A stretch of 64,000 nt of DNA from Lama guanicoe (Eukaryota): the NCBI GenBank assembly GCA_013239625.1, contig MU053379.1, positions 2,896,866 to 2,960,865 on the forward strand. Direction: 5' to 3'. Position 1 is the stretch's first letter, and every line of letters starts with the position of its first letter. Under the pieces are notes generated by a model. The model was not told the DNA's origin. It made no database searches and was given only the letters and a program-made list of their open reading frames with translations. Shown one piece after another: positions 11,808 through 23,764 of this stretch. The position numbers and the translations under genes are program-made.

Positions 11808-12652
11808 CTAGAAACACAAGACGAAGCGAAATAAAAGCTCTGCTCAGTAGTTGACTCCCCACATGTTCTGTCCGTGTTCCAGGCAGTCAGGGTCTCCTGA
11901 AGCACTGGGGTGAGTGCTCTGGAGAGGCCCCCCCACCCCAGGGAGAATGTGGAGAAGGACGCGGGGCGCCAGGGGGGCGGCAGGATGGTTTCCATTGGGG
12001 CTTCTCTGGGCAGTGATGCCAGGTGTACAATGAACGCTGGCGAAGCGACGAGCCTCCCCGACAGGAAAGCCTCGGTTTTCCTTGTCTTTAATTGGATGAC
12101 ACCTTGTGCACTGAATTCCATGTTGCAATTGAGTGCTGTAGCTAGATTAACTGACTCTGGGATTTGAAAAGCATTTTCATTGGCCCCAAAGTCAGTTGAG
12201 GAGAGAATGTTTACTTTCATTCTCCAAGGACTAATTTGGAATTTCAAAATCTTAGCAATATTTAATCAGGCCAATGATGGGGCGGAATACTGAGTTTATT
12301 TCAAGCACTTCCTATAAACTCATTTGATGCACTAATGCAGCATAATTAAACTGATAAAAATCATTACAAAGAACGGTTCATTACATGCTTATGATTCGTA
12401 GGCATCAGAAGCAGATCTCATTAAAAAACACCTGCGGAACCGAAGCACCAGTTACAAGTGCGACATGCTCTCAGTGCAGCTCATTCAGTCCCTCTTCACA
12501 GCCTCCTAAAGAAGCAACTACTGACACATTTAAACGCGCAGCACAACTTTCAGGGACAACAGCACAGTGCGTAGGAGTGGAAGAGAGAACCACAGGCTGG
12601 AACTGGAAGGCGCTAAACCTGAGATTCAGATTCGGTCAAACGCAGTCCGTAC

Positions 12653-12781
12653 CTTGACATCTTCTGTCCCAGGGACGAGGTCAGTCACCTCCGGCACTGA
12701 CTGCAGCAGAGGGATCTCCCGGTAGGTATTTGGAAAGCAGACCAGAGACCCGAGAATGGTGAGAGCTTCTGGACGAGGTGC
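12653..12781 (-). CDS. RALGAPA2: RALGAPA2 coding exon (129 nt, phase 0-0): [43 protein letters not shown]
   Basis: gtgcag|GCA acceptor and AAG|gtacgg donor. Contains the LGSLVCFPN motif. Confidence 0.96.
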
Positions 12782-13509
12782 CTGCACGCAAAACAGGGAG
12801 TGAAACACACGTTTTCCTTTTTGTTAGGGACGTCTGACAAGCGACAACATGTTTTACGTTTGTATGATTGTGAGAGGGAACCTTTATCATTATTTTATCC
12901 TAGATAATAAATATCAAACTATGCCTGGTTACTTCCCCCCAGGTGAATGCTTAAGCGAGAGAGGACGACCCAAATGCAGAAGCAAACTTCCAGGGAAGGG
13001 AAAGTATCCCTCCCCTTGGCTGGAAACAAGCAGGGTGAGGACTGCGCCGCGGACTCGCTCAGCGTCAGGAACGCAAGTCCGGCTCAGTCCTGACTGCTTC
13101 ACCTTTCTCTGTTCTTTTATCTTATTGTTCTTGACAAAGGAGGGCAAACTGGTAAATGGTATTAAGTAAATATTTTCCCGTAAAGACAGTTCATGAAAAT
13201 TCCCCAGGGAAAGGGGCTCTAGCTTTCGGGAGGGGGAAGAGAAAAGACACTAGCTACCGAATCTCCTGCTTCCACAGGAGCTACTCGGCCAACACCCAGG
13301 TCTGACCTCCGGTGAGACCCAGAAGCCCCCGTTTGTCCGTTACTGGGATTCGGTGCCCGCTCAGGGAGGCACTTTAATTTAGTAGCTCTCAATTCAGCCG
13401 ACTTACTAGAAGCTGTGACTGGCCAAGACAGGGGGAGGAATCAGAATGACAAAGCTGTCATCCGACACCCACCCGCCTGTCCATCCACCCCTCTGTCTAC
13501 TTATTATCC

Positions 13510-13730
13510 TCTAGTAATGATGAAAACTATGGCAGCTGAGTCCTCACCCTGCTCTGGGCACGGTTCTGAGAGCTGTACCAGCACCTCCTCAGACAATGCC
13601 CTCCACAGCCCAACGAAGTGGACAGACACTATGACCATTTCCATTTCACAGGTGAGAAAACTGAGGCTCAGACAGGAAGCAGCCTTTCGAGTGATGGACC
13701 CTGATTGGAACCGAGGCCTCTGACTTCATG
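13510..13730 (-). mobile_element. MIR SINE
   Basis: MIR core 'ccatttcacaggtgagaaaactgaggctcaga'. Confidence 0.8.
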
Positions 13731-16700
13731 GTCCACAGCAAGCCTGGACTGTCACGCACGCAGGTGTGACACGGGCGTTCCCCTCTCTCAGGGAGATGGG
13801 GGCAAGTGCGCGGGGTCGGGCTGGGGAGGCACATGACAGCGACATGAAAGTCAATGATGCACATGCTGTAAGAGCCCCACCCGGGGACGTCACGGGAGTC
13901 CAAGACATTCGTTCTTTCTGCGCTTGGTTCTCATCAGCACACAGGCGAGTAGGAGACAGTATAGAACACAGACAGAGAGTCCAGGAAACAAGTTGAGACG
14001 ATGCTATGCTCTGCTCAGCGTGGTGAGGAAGCACTGAAACCCTGCCGCCAAGGCCACCGGTGGAGTGGGACTCAGCCAGGCAGGTAAAGAGGGAGGGCTG
14101 GGCTGAGGAGGCAGGCGGGGGTGGAAAAGACACAGGTGGCCTAGACACCACAAACTGTCACCGGCCCCGTGCCCAGAGCCCAGAGCACGCAAGTGTGCGG
14201 GCTGGGCCTGGGGCTCTGACGCAAGCACGGGCGACAGTGACGGCGGCTCTGTGCAAGCATCGGCATCGGGGTGAGGTCACCTTTTGTTCACTGTCTTATT
14301 TCATTTTTTAGATACAAAAACTTGAAACAACTACAGCAAGACATCAAGATTTGCCAAAGCAGGTCAGAGAGCACACAGTTTCTCGTCACGTGAGCTCCAC
14401 AATGCAAAAGCCACCGGTGGCCTCCAGACCTGGTTGCAGCCGACCCTGGCAGTGGCTCGGATGCGGCTGACAGTGTCCTGGTGCCTGGGAGCACCGCCGT
14501 CACGCGGCTTCTTGGACACCTTTCCAGGTTCCTGAGGAGGCCCAACATCGCCAGGCTGGAACCTCTCACTTCCTCGGGACCTAAACTCCAGGATGCTCAG
14601 CCCACTCCTCTTCTCCAACTATGCTCACTCCTCAGGGACGCCTGGACCCGCGGACTGAAACGCCTTCTGCGGATGCCGACTCCCCAGCGCATCGCTCTAG
14701 CCCAGGCTTCCTTCCCGAGGACCCGATCTGTGGCTCCGTCTCCACCGGGGGTCCAGAGGGCCGCTCGCTCTGACAAGCGCCATCTCAGCAGAGACCTGCA
14801 ATCCCGTGTGTTGCTAACCTGCCTCCATCACTCTGCCCTCCCATCCACTGCCTTTACCTCTCTCCACACTCAGGTTAAGAAAATCTCTGAACAGAAAAGT
14901 AGAGAGAATCTTATATCCATACACCCAACACTTAGACTCCAGACCTTACGACTCGTCTCGTTTATCTCCTTTCCAGTTTTTCATTTCAGTATTTAAAATT
15001 CATTTAAGTTTCCACTTTCAGTTTTAGAGCAAATTCAAGACAGTGTCTCCCACCCGGTGCCCTCTGGCACCCCTGCGTCCCTGCTTTGGGTTTTCCCTCC
15101 TCATCCATCGCTCCCTGACGTGCTGTGTATTCGCTGGATGTTTGCGTCCCCCACAAAGGCAGGAGCTAGGCAGCCCTCATCACGTCTCTCCCCCCAAGCA
15201 TGCCCAGTGAAACCACCTGGACACAAAGGGGTGGCTGCGGTCCTGTCGCCGGTGGAAGCCAGCCACGCACAGGCTCTGTGTCAGCTTCACCTCCTCCGTG
15301 AAGACGCTTCTCAGGGACGTCTCCCTCTCGTCATGCAGAACTAACGAGTCCCACACTGGTGCCCCCACCCCGGGTTCTGGGGGTGATCCTACTGGGGCAG
15401 CCGGAGACTCATGTGCAAATATTAACACTTGGTTTGCCCGTCTGATTCCTGGAGGGTCGAAACCCTGTCACACTCACGCAGGCAGGCCCTGACACGTAGC
15501 AGGACCACAGTCCGTGTTTCTCCAACAGACTTGTTTGTCGGCCTTCGCTCACAGCTGCCCTCTACCCACTAGGTCGTCTGGGTCTGAGCTTCACCGAAGC
15601 CGCCTGCTTCCTGAGCAGCCTTAACTGTGGCGTCCTGTGTGAGCCTGGCTCGCACCGTGGGCCTCCAGGCTGAGCGCTGGACTCTGCAACCACTGGGCAC
15701 AAAGCACCGGCTCTCACATACGTAAAACAAAGAGCTGCTCCACGGCTTCATGCAAAGGATGGAACAAACCTGATCATGTTTTGGCCTCGGCACTGAGCCC
15801 ACAGTCAGCCCCAATTTACGCCCAGAAGAATGAGGCCTGTGTGCGGAAGTGTGTCGCCCAGGACAAGTGGCTGGTACTGGTGCTGCGGGCATGGACCCCA
15901 GGCCAGACTGGACGGAGCTCCGGCATCAAGAATCGGAAGGGAATTCCAGGCAGCACCCGCCTCATGTGCACACCACAGTGCCCCTGCTGTACGCCGGGGA
16001 CCTCTGGGTTGGTTCTGGTCTGGGGCTCTTACGAACAGTGCCCGCGAGCACAGACCCCACCGCCTCCGGGTGCCGTGAGCCCGTGTTTGCCCTCCCTTGG
16101 CCGCAGCTGCAGGTGCGCAGCGGGGGCACCCCAAGCTCGCAGTCAACTTGCGTGAACCGGCAATTCTGATAGGGCGGGTGTGCCCCGTCGCAACGCCTCT
16201 CTCCAGCTCCTTTATAACTTTAAGCCTCCACTTTAAACTAAGAGAGTAATTCAAGGTAATTCCAACCATCACTGTTTCTTTATGTAGCTCTTACATTCAT
16301 GTTCTCATATACTTTTCTCTCTCTTTAAAAAATGTTTTCAAAGGCTACTTTAACAGCTCATCTCGCCCGAAGGTAAACTGTTCACAGAGGATGTCCGCCA
16401 CACGTGGTACCACCGCTAACCAGAGCGCCGTTCTTACAGGAAACTCTCAGAGCAAGCAAAGGCCGTGCCAGTAAAGTATGATTTCCCTTCCTACATCCTG
16501 TATGTTTTTTCAATGCTGATTTGAATGGTTAAAAATAAATTTGAAAGTTCTTTGAGAATGATTACCCTAAAGCCTTTCTGAGAAATAAGCACAGAAAGTT
16601 GTCACAGTCTTCACCAAAAAACAGCCAAACAAACGCAGTATTTCCCGTCTTGCTTTTCTTCCGCCCGTTCTGCCCTTTGGCTCCGGTCTCTTTTCCCTGC

Positions 16701-17648
16701 TCCTTTGCTTTCTAATTTATCCTTCTAAGAAAAAGCTAGCACATGAAAACACCAGCATGAAACACCAGCCGCACAAAGTATAGGAAAACAACTTACATTT
16801 ACAGCCCAGGGCTGGAGCCTGAATGTGCCCTGCCCAGAGGAAATGCGTAGAATGAAAAAATAACAATGCGTCAAACCAAGTTTAGGTAGCTGGACCCTCA
16901 CTGATTTCAGTGCAAGTCCCCGGCAGGCAGTAAAGCTAGTTTTATATCCATTCTGAGAGGGAAGAAATGATCTGAACAGGTTAACAGCTGTACAGACGTG
17001 ATGGCCCTTTAATAAACGTGTGAGAGTGTTCTCTCAAAAGGCATGAATACACTGTCCTCATAATGGAGGTAAACGTGGAGATTACACATTAATTCCTTTC
17101 GTAGCCCTTAATGCTCATTTAGTCCACTTGATTCTAATTTTTAAGCACAAGAACTCTGCCAGAATTTTACGGCATGTTGATAAGAAAATTACATTAACTT
17201 TGTGGTTACAATTTCAGTGTTCTAACATTTTAAGAAAGTATTTCCTATTAGGCTTATAATAGCTAAGACTTAGTTAATTAAATGAAACATTATTGATAAC
17301 GCACACCTAAAATTCTCTCTTTACTGCAGACATCTATGTCCGTGCCACCATTTACTGAAAGATGCTAATAAGAGTCTGAGGCGGGTCCCGCCTCTGACTG
17401 TGTAAATGTGCTGAAATACGAGAGAGGACACGATTCTCACACTCTGGCCTCTTGATGAAACGCCTTTCCAATACCCGGGTGTCATCCTATCCTACAATTT
17501 CACACATCAGCTGCCAGGGCGTCTCCCCGAGAGCCCGGTTTCACGTTGCACTAATGAGTGAACACCTGTTAGGAGTGGAGAAATCTGAACCTTGTTAGCG
17601 ACTCTGACGCCTCCTGGGGGCCGGGCTGCCGAGCGCCGTCTCACTCAC

Positions 17649-17777
17649 CGCCAGCGTGTCTGCACTGAGGACCCTGGCTGCGGCTGCGATGAAGTCCCCC
17701 AGCAGCATGGAGAAGCCGGGCAGACCCAGGGAGAAAAAGCGAGGTGGGCAGTGCCTTATGATGGTGTTTAAGACATC
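17649..17777 (-). CDS. RALGAPA2: RALGAPA2 coding exon (129 nt, phase 0-0): [43 protein letters not shown]
   Basis: ctccag|GAT acceptor and GCG|gtgagt donor. Lies within ORF 17595..17852. Confidence 0.96.
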
Positions 17778-20700
17778 CTGGAGGGGGAGATAAGAGAACA
17801 CAACCGTCACTGGTGAGAACAGAATCCCAAAGCCATCAGTTTGTCTGTACATACGACTACTGTACGATCATCTCAGAGAACAGAGACTGCGGAAATTCTT
17901 CAGTGAAAAGGGTACCGGGAGGTGGCTCAGCCCCAGGGCTGCTGTGCTCAATTTACCGGTGGGAGAAGGGGGACACTAAACTGGAGGATGACTCGTCCAA
18001 AATCTAAATCGTGGCATTGGGCCTAGACACCGCTTCCGTCTTCCAAGGCGAGCTCCGTGGACAAGCTCCAGGAGTGTTGACGTAGACACAGAAGTAGAAC
18101 CTGCAAACGTCGATCACTTGCAATATTCTTCAGTTCTCCAAAGTTACAGCACACTGTTACATTAAAACCCTTAAAGCAGGCGAAGAGATGGACACATTCA
18201 CACTTGCAGAGACTCCACACGCTAAGCAGTTGGCGTGAGGGAGCGCTGTAGCGCTGTGACGGGTCACACGCTAGGGCTGGGTGGTCGGCGGGGCTCCTGG
18301 GAGAAGCGGACGGCGAGATACACGTGCCCGGCGCACGGACCACCTGCTGCTCAGGGTGCAGCGTGTAGACCATCCTCAGCACGGAGGCCTGGTGTCCCTG
18401 GGTCTGGGGTGGCCTCTCATTGGTGGGTGGCCAGCTGGCCCCACCCACCAGCTCTGTTCTGAGGCTGTCACCCCATTCTAGCCTCCACTCGTGCCACAGT
18501 CAGGCCACATCTCTGAAGCCATCTGTGCGAGTGTTTGTGTGCAAAGGGGATTAGTCAGAAAGCCACAAACTGCTTTCATGAAGTTCTAGGTCAAGCACAG
18601 TAACCAAACGTAGCGCGTCACTACAGCTATGTGACCTGAAATCGTACACCCACAGTTAGTCACAAAATCTGAGTACAGTAAAATACTAAAAAAAAAAACA
18701 AAAAAACAAAAAAATCTTTTTTCCCCTCAAATTTCAGTGTGGCTATTTGAAAAATCCTTTAAAATAATCCTGATTTGATTAAATTAGAGCAAAGGAGTAG
18801 CAACGTGCTAAATTCTACCCTGTTCGTCCTTTATAATAAAAACAACTTCATTTAGCAACTTGTCATCTTAAAAGAGGATTTTTATGTGTTCACAAAACAT
18901 TTTTTCTAAGACGTATGTTTTCCTAACATAGTGGGCTCATTTAGTTTCTACAAATCATACTGTTTATGTCTTTAAAATGACTGCCTAGCACTTCCTCTAT
19001 TAAAGCTCATGTACAATAAATAGTTCAGCAAGTACTAATACAAGGTTTTAGCATTTCAGCAGACTTTTTCTTATACCAAAAACAAACAGAGAGATAAACA
19101 GAGAAACAGATAAAAGGGAGGAAGGAAGGAGGAAAGGAAAGAAACATCCGAGCACCCTGCTGCCGGGTTAATGTTTAAACCTGCTGCAATCACGTCCTTT
19201 GCTGCACGTTAGCGTCCACAGCAGCCAAGGCAAACATTCTGGGGGCTGAGCAGATGGACGCGGCAGTTTAGAGAGTGTGTGGTCAACTCACGCTCCAAGA
19301 GCGGAACAAAAGCTCCACCTTTCTCGTAACGAAGCCTCTGATTAATGCCCTGGGCTCCTCACCACACACCTGTAATTACTCACAGAGGTGCGCTCTGCGC
19401 AGGGCCCTGTCGCTGAGGATCAGGCACCGAGCCCTCGGGCAGCAGATGGGAGCGGGCTTCTGTTGACATCTGCTGCCTTGAAAGGGTTCGTGCAAGCCTG
19501 GCTCGCAAGGTAGCAGAGCGCCGCGCGTTTGAAGACCAACACTGCAAACAAGCACGATGTTAACTTTGTTTCGTTCGTGTTAATTCCATCTGTCGAGATG
19601 AGGAACCGAGCCTGGAACCCTGCAGGTTTTTCAAATCTTTGGCACATACTTAAAAAATCACCTCTTTTCACCACTGGAATTTAGGGCTTTAATTTTTAAA
19701 AAGAAGGTAGTTTGCTGGGATAAGTTTATGGGAATCAGGAACTAAGCCCTTTCAACGAGCTGCAGCCAGAATCTGTAAATGAAATCCCTTCTGCTTCACA
19801 AGAGTCACATGTGTCAAGGCAATGAGCTGTACGTGGGGCATTCAAAACAATTACTAAGTTGCCACTGATGCTGAAGAGAGCAGAAATGCGTGCTGCGGGG
19901 ATCAAGTCACCCGGCCCCCCACCCCTGGACCTCGGCCAGTCTCTTCAACGGAACCTGCTTCTGCGGGCAAGAAGATTGGAAAGAGAGGGCAAAATAACAG
20001 ATGGCCAGCCTGGCCTGCCCGCCACCCACGTAAGACGGCCCCCGGGAGAAGCGGGCCCGCCGCTGCCGCCAGTTAAAGGAGCGCTGGCCAGGGTGAGCGC
20101 GGGGGTTAAGGAGGGAACAAACACACGGCCGGTCGGCCAAGTTAGGGCCATATGCTTGCCTGCGCTGCTTATCCACACACAAGCGGAACAGCCCGAAGAC
20201 GGCATCTTTGTGACAGCAGTCTGAAATAAGGAATAACTGCGGTCCTCGGGAGACAGTCACTGCATCTTGCCCACCGAGCGGGGTCCCCACAGTGCTGCGC
20301 TGACCTCTAGAGGGCCCTGCCTTCGCCTTCCTGCCGCACACGGGCATCGCAGTGACAGCTGGCGTCCTTGGGAAAATGAAAATCTTGAGACGGAACTTCC
20401 TCGACCATCTCCAGGGCGCTTCCCAAACAGCAATTATTCATGTGTGACCCTCATGCTTTTTGTCATATTCGAGTCCAAAGTGAACATTAGTTGTCTGTTT
20501 TTCAAAGTAACTCACTTCAAAAAACATGTAAATAAGATTATTCTGGAAAACTCGTATCCTGTGTCATAAATAGAATATACCGCTGAAGTCAGTACCACCA
20601 CGGTAAGCCAAGGCCACTGAGTTTGTGCTAAGCACCGCAGTCGGACGGGGCGCTCCTTGTCAAGAGGAGGTCAGAGAAGCACTGTGCCCGCTGCAGCCGG

Positions 20701-23700
20701 CCTGCCCGGGGCCACCGTCCCCGGGGAGCGAGTCCCTGCCACTCAGGCTCCCCGCTCTGTGCCCGCAGTGGGGATGCCCCGTCCTCAGGTCAGACTCTGA
20801 CACGGTGCAAAGAGCTGCAGCGCTGGGACACAGGCCAGGGGTCAAGGCCTCGCGATGCGACCGCGGGCAGACTGCGTCCTGCTCGGGTTTCACGTTTTCT
20901 CCCACGAAACAGGCTGACGCCCCTACAGACTTCGTCTAACGGGAGAGGGGACACGCGCCTTTGCAAACTGAAAAGGCTCGCACACAAGCCAGCAGGGTGA
21001 GAAGAAGAAACACCATTTTAAAAAAGAGAAAGCTGATCAAGAATTTTCACCTTCCAGAATCTAATTCACAGAATTCACTGAACGATGCTCTGCTGATACT
21101 CAGAAAGAAATTTTGAAAACATTTCAAAGGTGGCCCCGAAGCCTCTTACGTGACATTTTCCCAGAAATTAAAAAACTAAAAATTAATGCTCTCAAATAAC
21201 ATCCTTACTTAAGAGTCACAGCAGCTGGCCGTGGGGTATACAATTTATAAAGCGAGTAACGAAATAAAGGCAGGAAGACTCCGTTTCTAGATTCCCCAGA
21301 GTCCATTCTTCTATGCTGTTCTAAAATTTACCCCGATTAAGTGCCTCTGGTAGCAAAAACTAGTTTCTTTTCTATATTCTAAAGAGACTGAAAGACAGTC
21401 AGCAAAACAATTAGCTCACTGACAAGCGGGCTCTAGCACAGGAACGAGGTGTGTCCTCGAGGACTGACCAGCATGACGCTCCTGCACGTGCTTCTGTTCA
21501 AAGGAAATAAAACCCAATCTGCAAAACGCTGCAGGATGATGAACAGACCACCAGGCTGGCACTTTCCTCCCATTTTGGGTTAAAAGTCCACACGGATGCT
21601 GCACACTGAGCGTGAAAACGAGATGGTCAGATGATAACTGTGGATTTGCAGCTTATCAAAAGATTCTGGTTTATGAGAAAGTAACTGGTGAGAACATCTG
21701 TCTCCCATCACGGCTCTCACAAAAAATCAGGCAATCCAAACAGAGGCGTGCTGCCGCCTCGCCCCCAGAGCACAGTTCTATAAATGCGAACTGCACTCGG
21801 CCTGGTAAACGAATCGCTTTAATTGAATGCTATGTACACAGTAACTGGAAAAACCGTAAGTGATAAGAAAAACATATGGTGATGGCGACAGAAATCGGTT
21901 TATTCATTTTGCATAGTGTTGTTCCTTTAGTTCTCTTATAATTGACCTTCAGACGACAAATGTGTAAAATAATTCTGTTTATTATGGCTCCAAACCTTCC
22001 AACAATTACACAAAATGAAAATTTAAAAGGAAGGATTCGTTCTGGAAGCATTTCCATTGTTGACATAATTGCACAGCGATAATTTAGTGCCCGTGTTGTT
22101 ATGGAAAATATAAAAAAGGGCCATTACAGGCCATTTCCATTCAAAATATTGCACAGTGGTGTCAAAAATGGGGGAAAATGTTCACTTTAAAGCAGTTTAA
22201 AATGGATTAACCCTGTAAACAGAAACATTTCAGCGCAGTGTTCTGTGAAATGCAAATGTTCACGAAGCAGCCGTCCCTCAAGCGGACTAGAAACGTCGCG
22301 TCTGCACTTTCACACCAAGCACGTATATATGATTCACTTAATGCTTGCGCAGGGCCCAGCAGATGATGGCTGTAACACAATAGCCGGCCATCTGCCTCCC
22401 TGCCTCCTGCGCGGACGCGCCCGCTTCCCGGGAGCAGACAGAGCCCAGAGTCACCCAGACCGTCCAGGAGGCCACACAGGGTCGTTCAGAAATGAACCTG
22501 CGTACCTGAAGTCACTGAGCGCCTCCTTTAATGTTTTACTTTAAGGAAACCAAAAGGCTAGATGGTGAATGGTTGCATTGCTGTTTTTCAGAGAAGGTAC
22601 CTGTCCTTTACCCAGGAAACTCTGTGGGAAGGTCTTTTGTTGAGTGAGGCGGGGAGTGTTCCGGGCTGGTTGTCCCATCCATCGGGTTAACAGAAAGACC
22701 CTCCTTCAACCTAAGTGGACCAATTACCAAAAGATGTGAATGTGGAGGGATCCTTGTAATTCTACCCCTGGATATAATTTTTTTTTAGCAATTAAAAAGG
22801 CAGGCCCAATCTGGCAGTACTTCAGGACAAATTTCTACATCTCGATCATTGCCTTATTGGCAAAGCTCAGAAATGCTGAGCGACAAAGAAGTCCTGGCGA
22901 CCAGAAGGACAGATCTGAAGGGCACCCCAGGTGCCAGGGCCTGGTCCTCTGCCTTCTGCCCCCTCAGCACTGACACAAAGACCTCCTCGACACACCACCT
23001 GCCTCTTCACTGTGCACTGCTTCCCGCAGGGGTTTCTGTTGCTAAAAATAAAGCCTTTCTGATGATGGCCTTTAAGAAAAGCACCACAGATCACATCACG
23101 AGCACTGCGCTTCCAGAAAAGTCAGTGGAAGTCCAAACACGGCAGGACAAAGCTACAATTACTTTCAAGATCTGGGCCAAGGAGTACGTGGTACGTGCTA
23201 GAATTATCTGCTCCAGCGGCAGAGTATGGTGTGATCTGCTTGGAGAGAAGGCAGAGATTTTTATAAGTGCTGGACACATGTGACTTCCCTGGGTGTAACT
23301 ATGTTACCAAGGCCAGGAGAAATAGGGCAGGAGTAATTGGGTTCTGCAGCCAGAGAAACAAAATCGCTTCTTGCTTCTGACCACGAAAAATGCTGCGGAG
23401 AAGACACTGAGTTTCCTCGACAGCAGCGGGCAGAGGAAAAAAGGAGTGACAGACAGAACTTCCGCTGGTCGGAAGAGCTGCTCTAACCATTTGCGTGGGA
23501 TCCGAACAGGCGGGCAGACGGCAGAGAAAAGTCCCCGCCACCCTGAAGCCCTGACGGGGAGCCTCGGATGTTTGCATGACAGCTTCACAATTAATCCCAA
23601 ACTCGGCTCCCTTGCACTGACCAAGAATGCCTGCCTGCTTCAGGGAAAGGGGCAGACTGGCTGGTTAACTGATTTTAAGAAATTCGCTGCATGAATTTTA

Positions 23701-23764
23701 TCTGACACTGGAGTTGAGATGTCACCAGGTTGTCTTAACTGCTTCTTTTTCTTTTTGCTATTTG

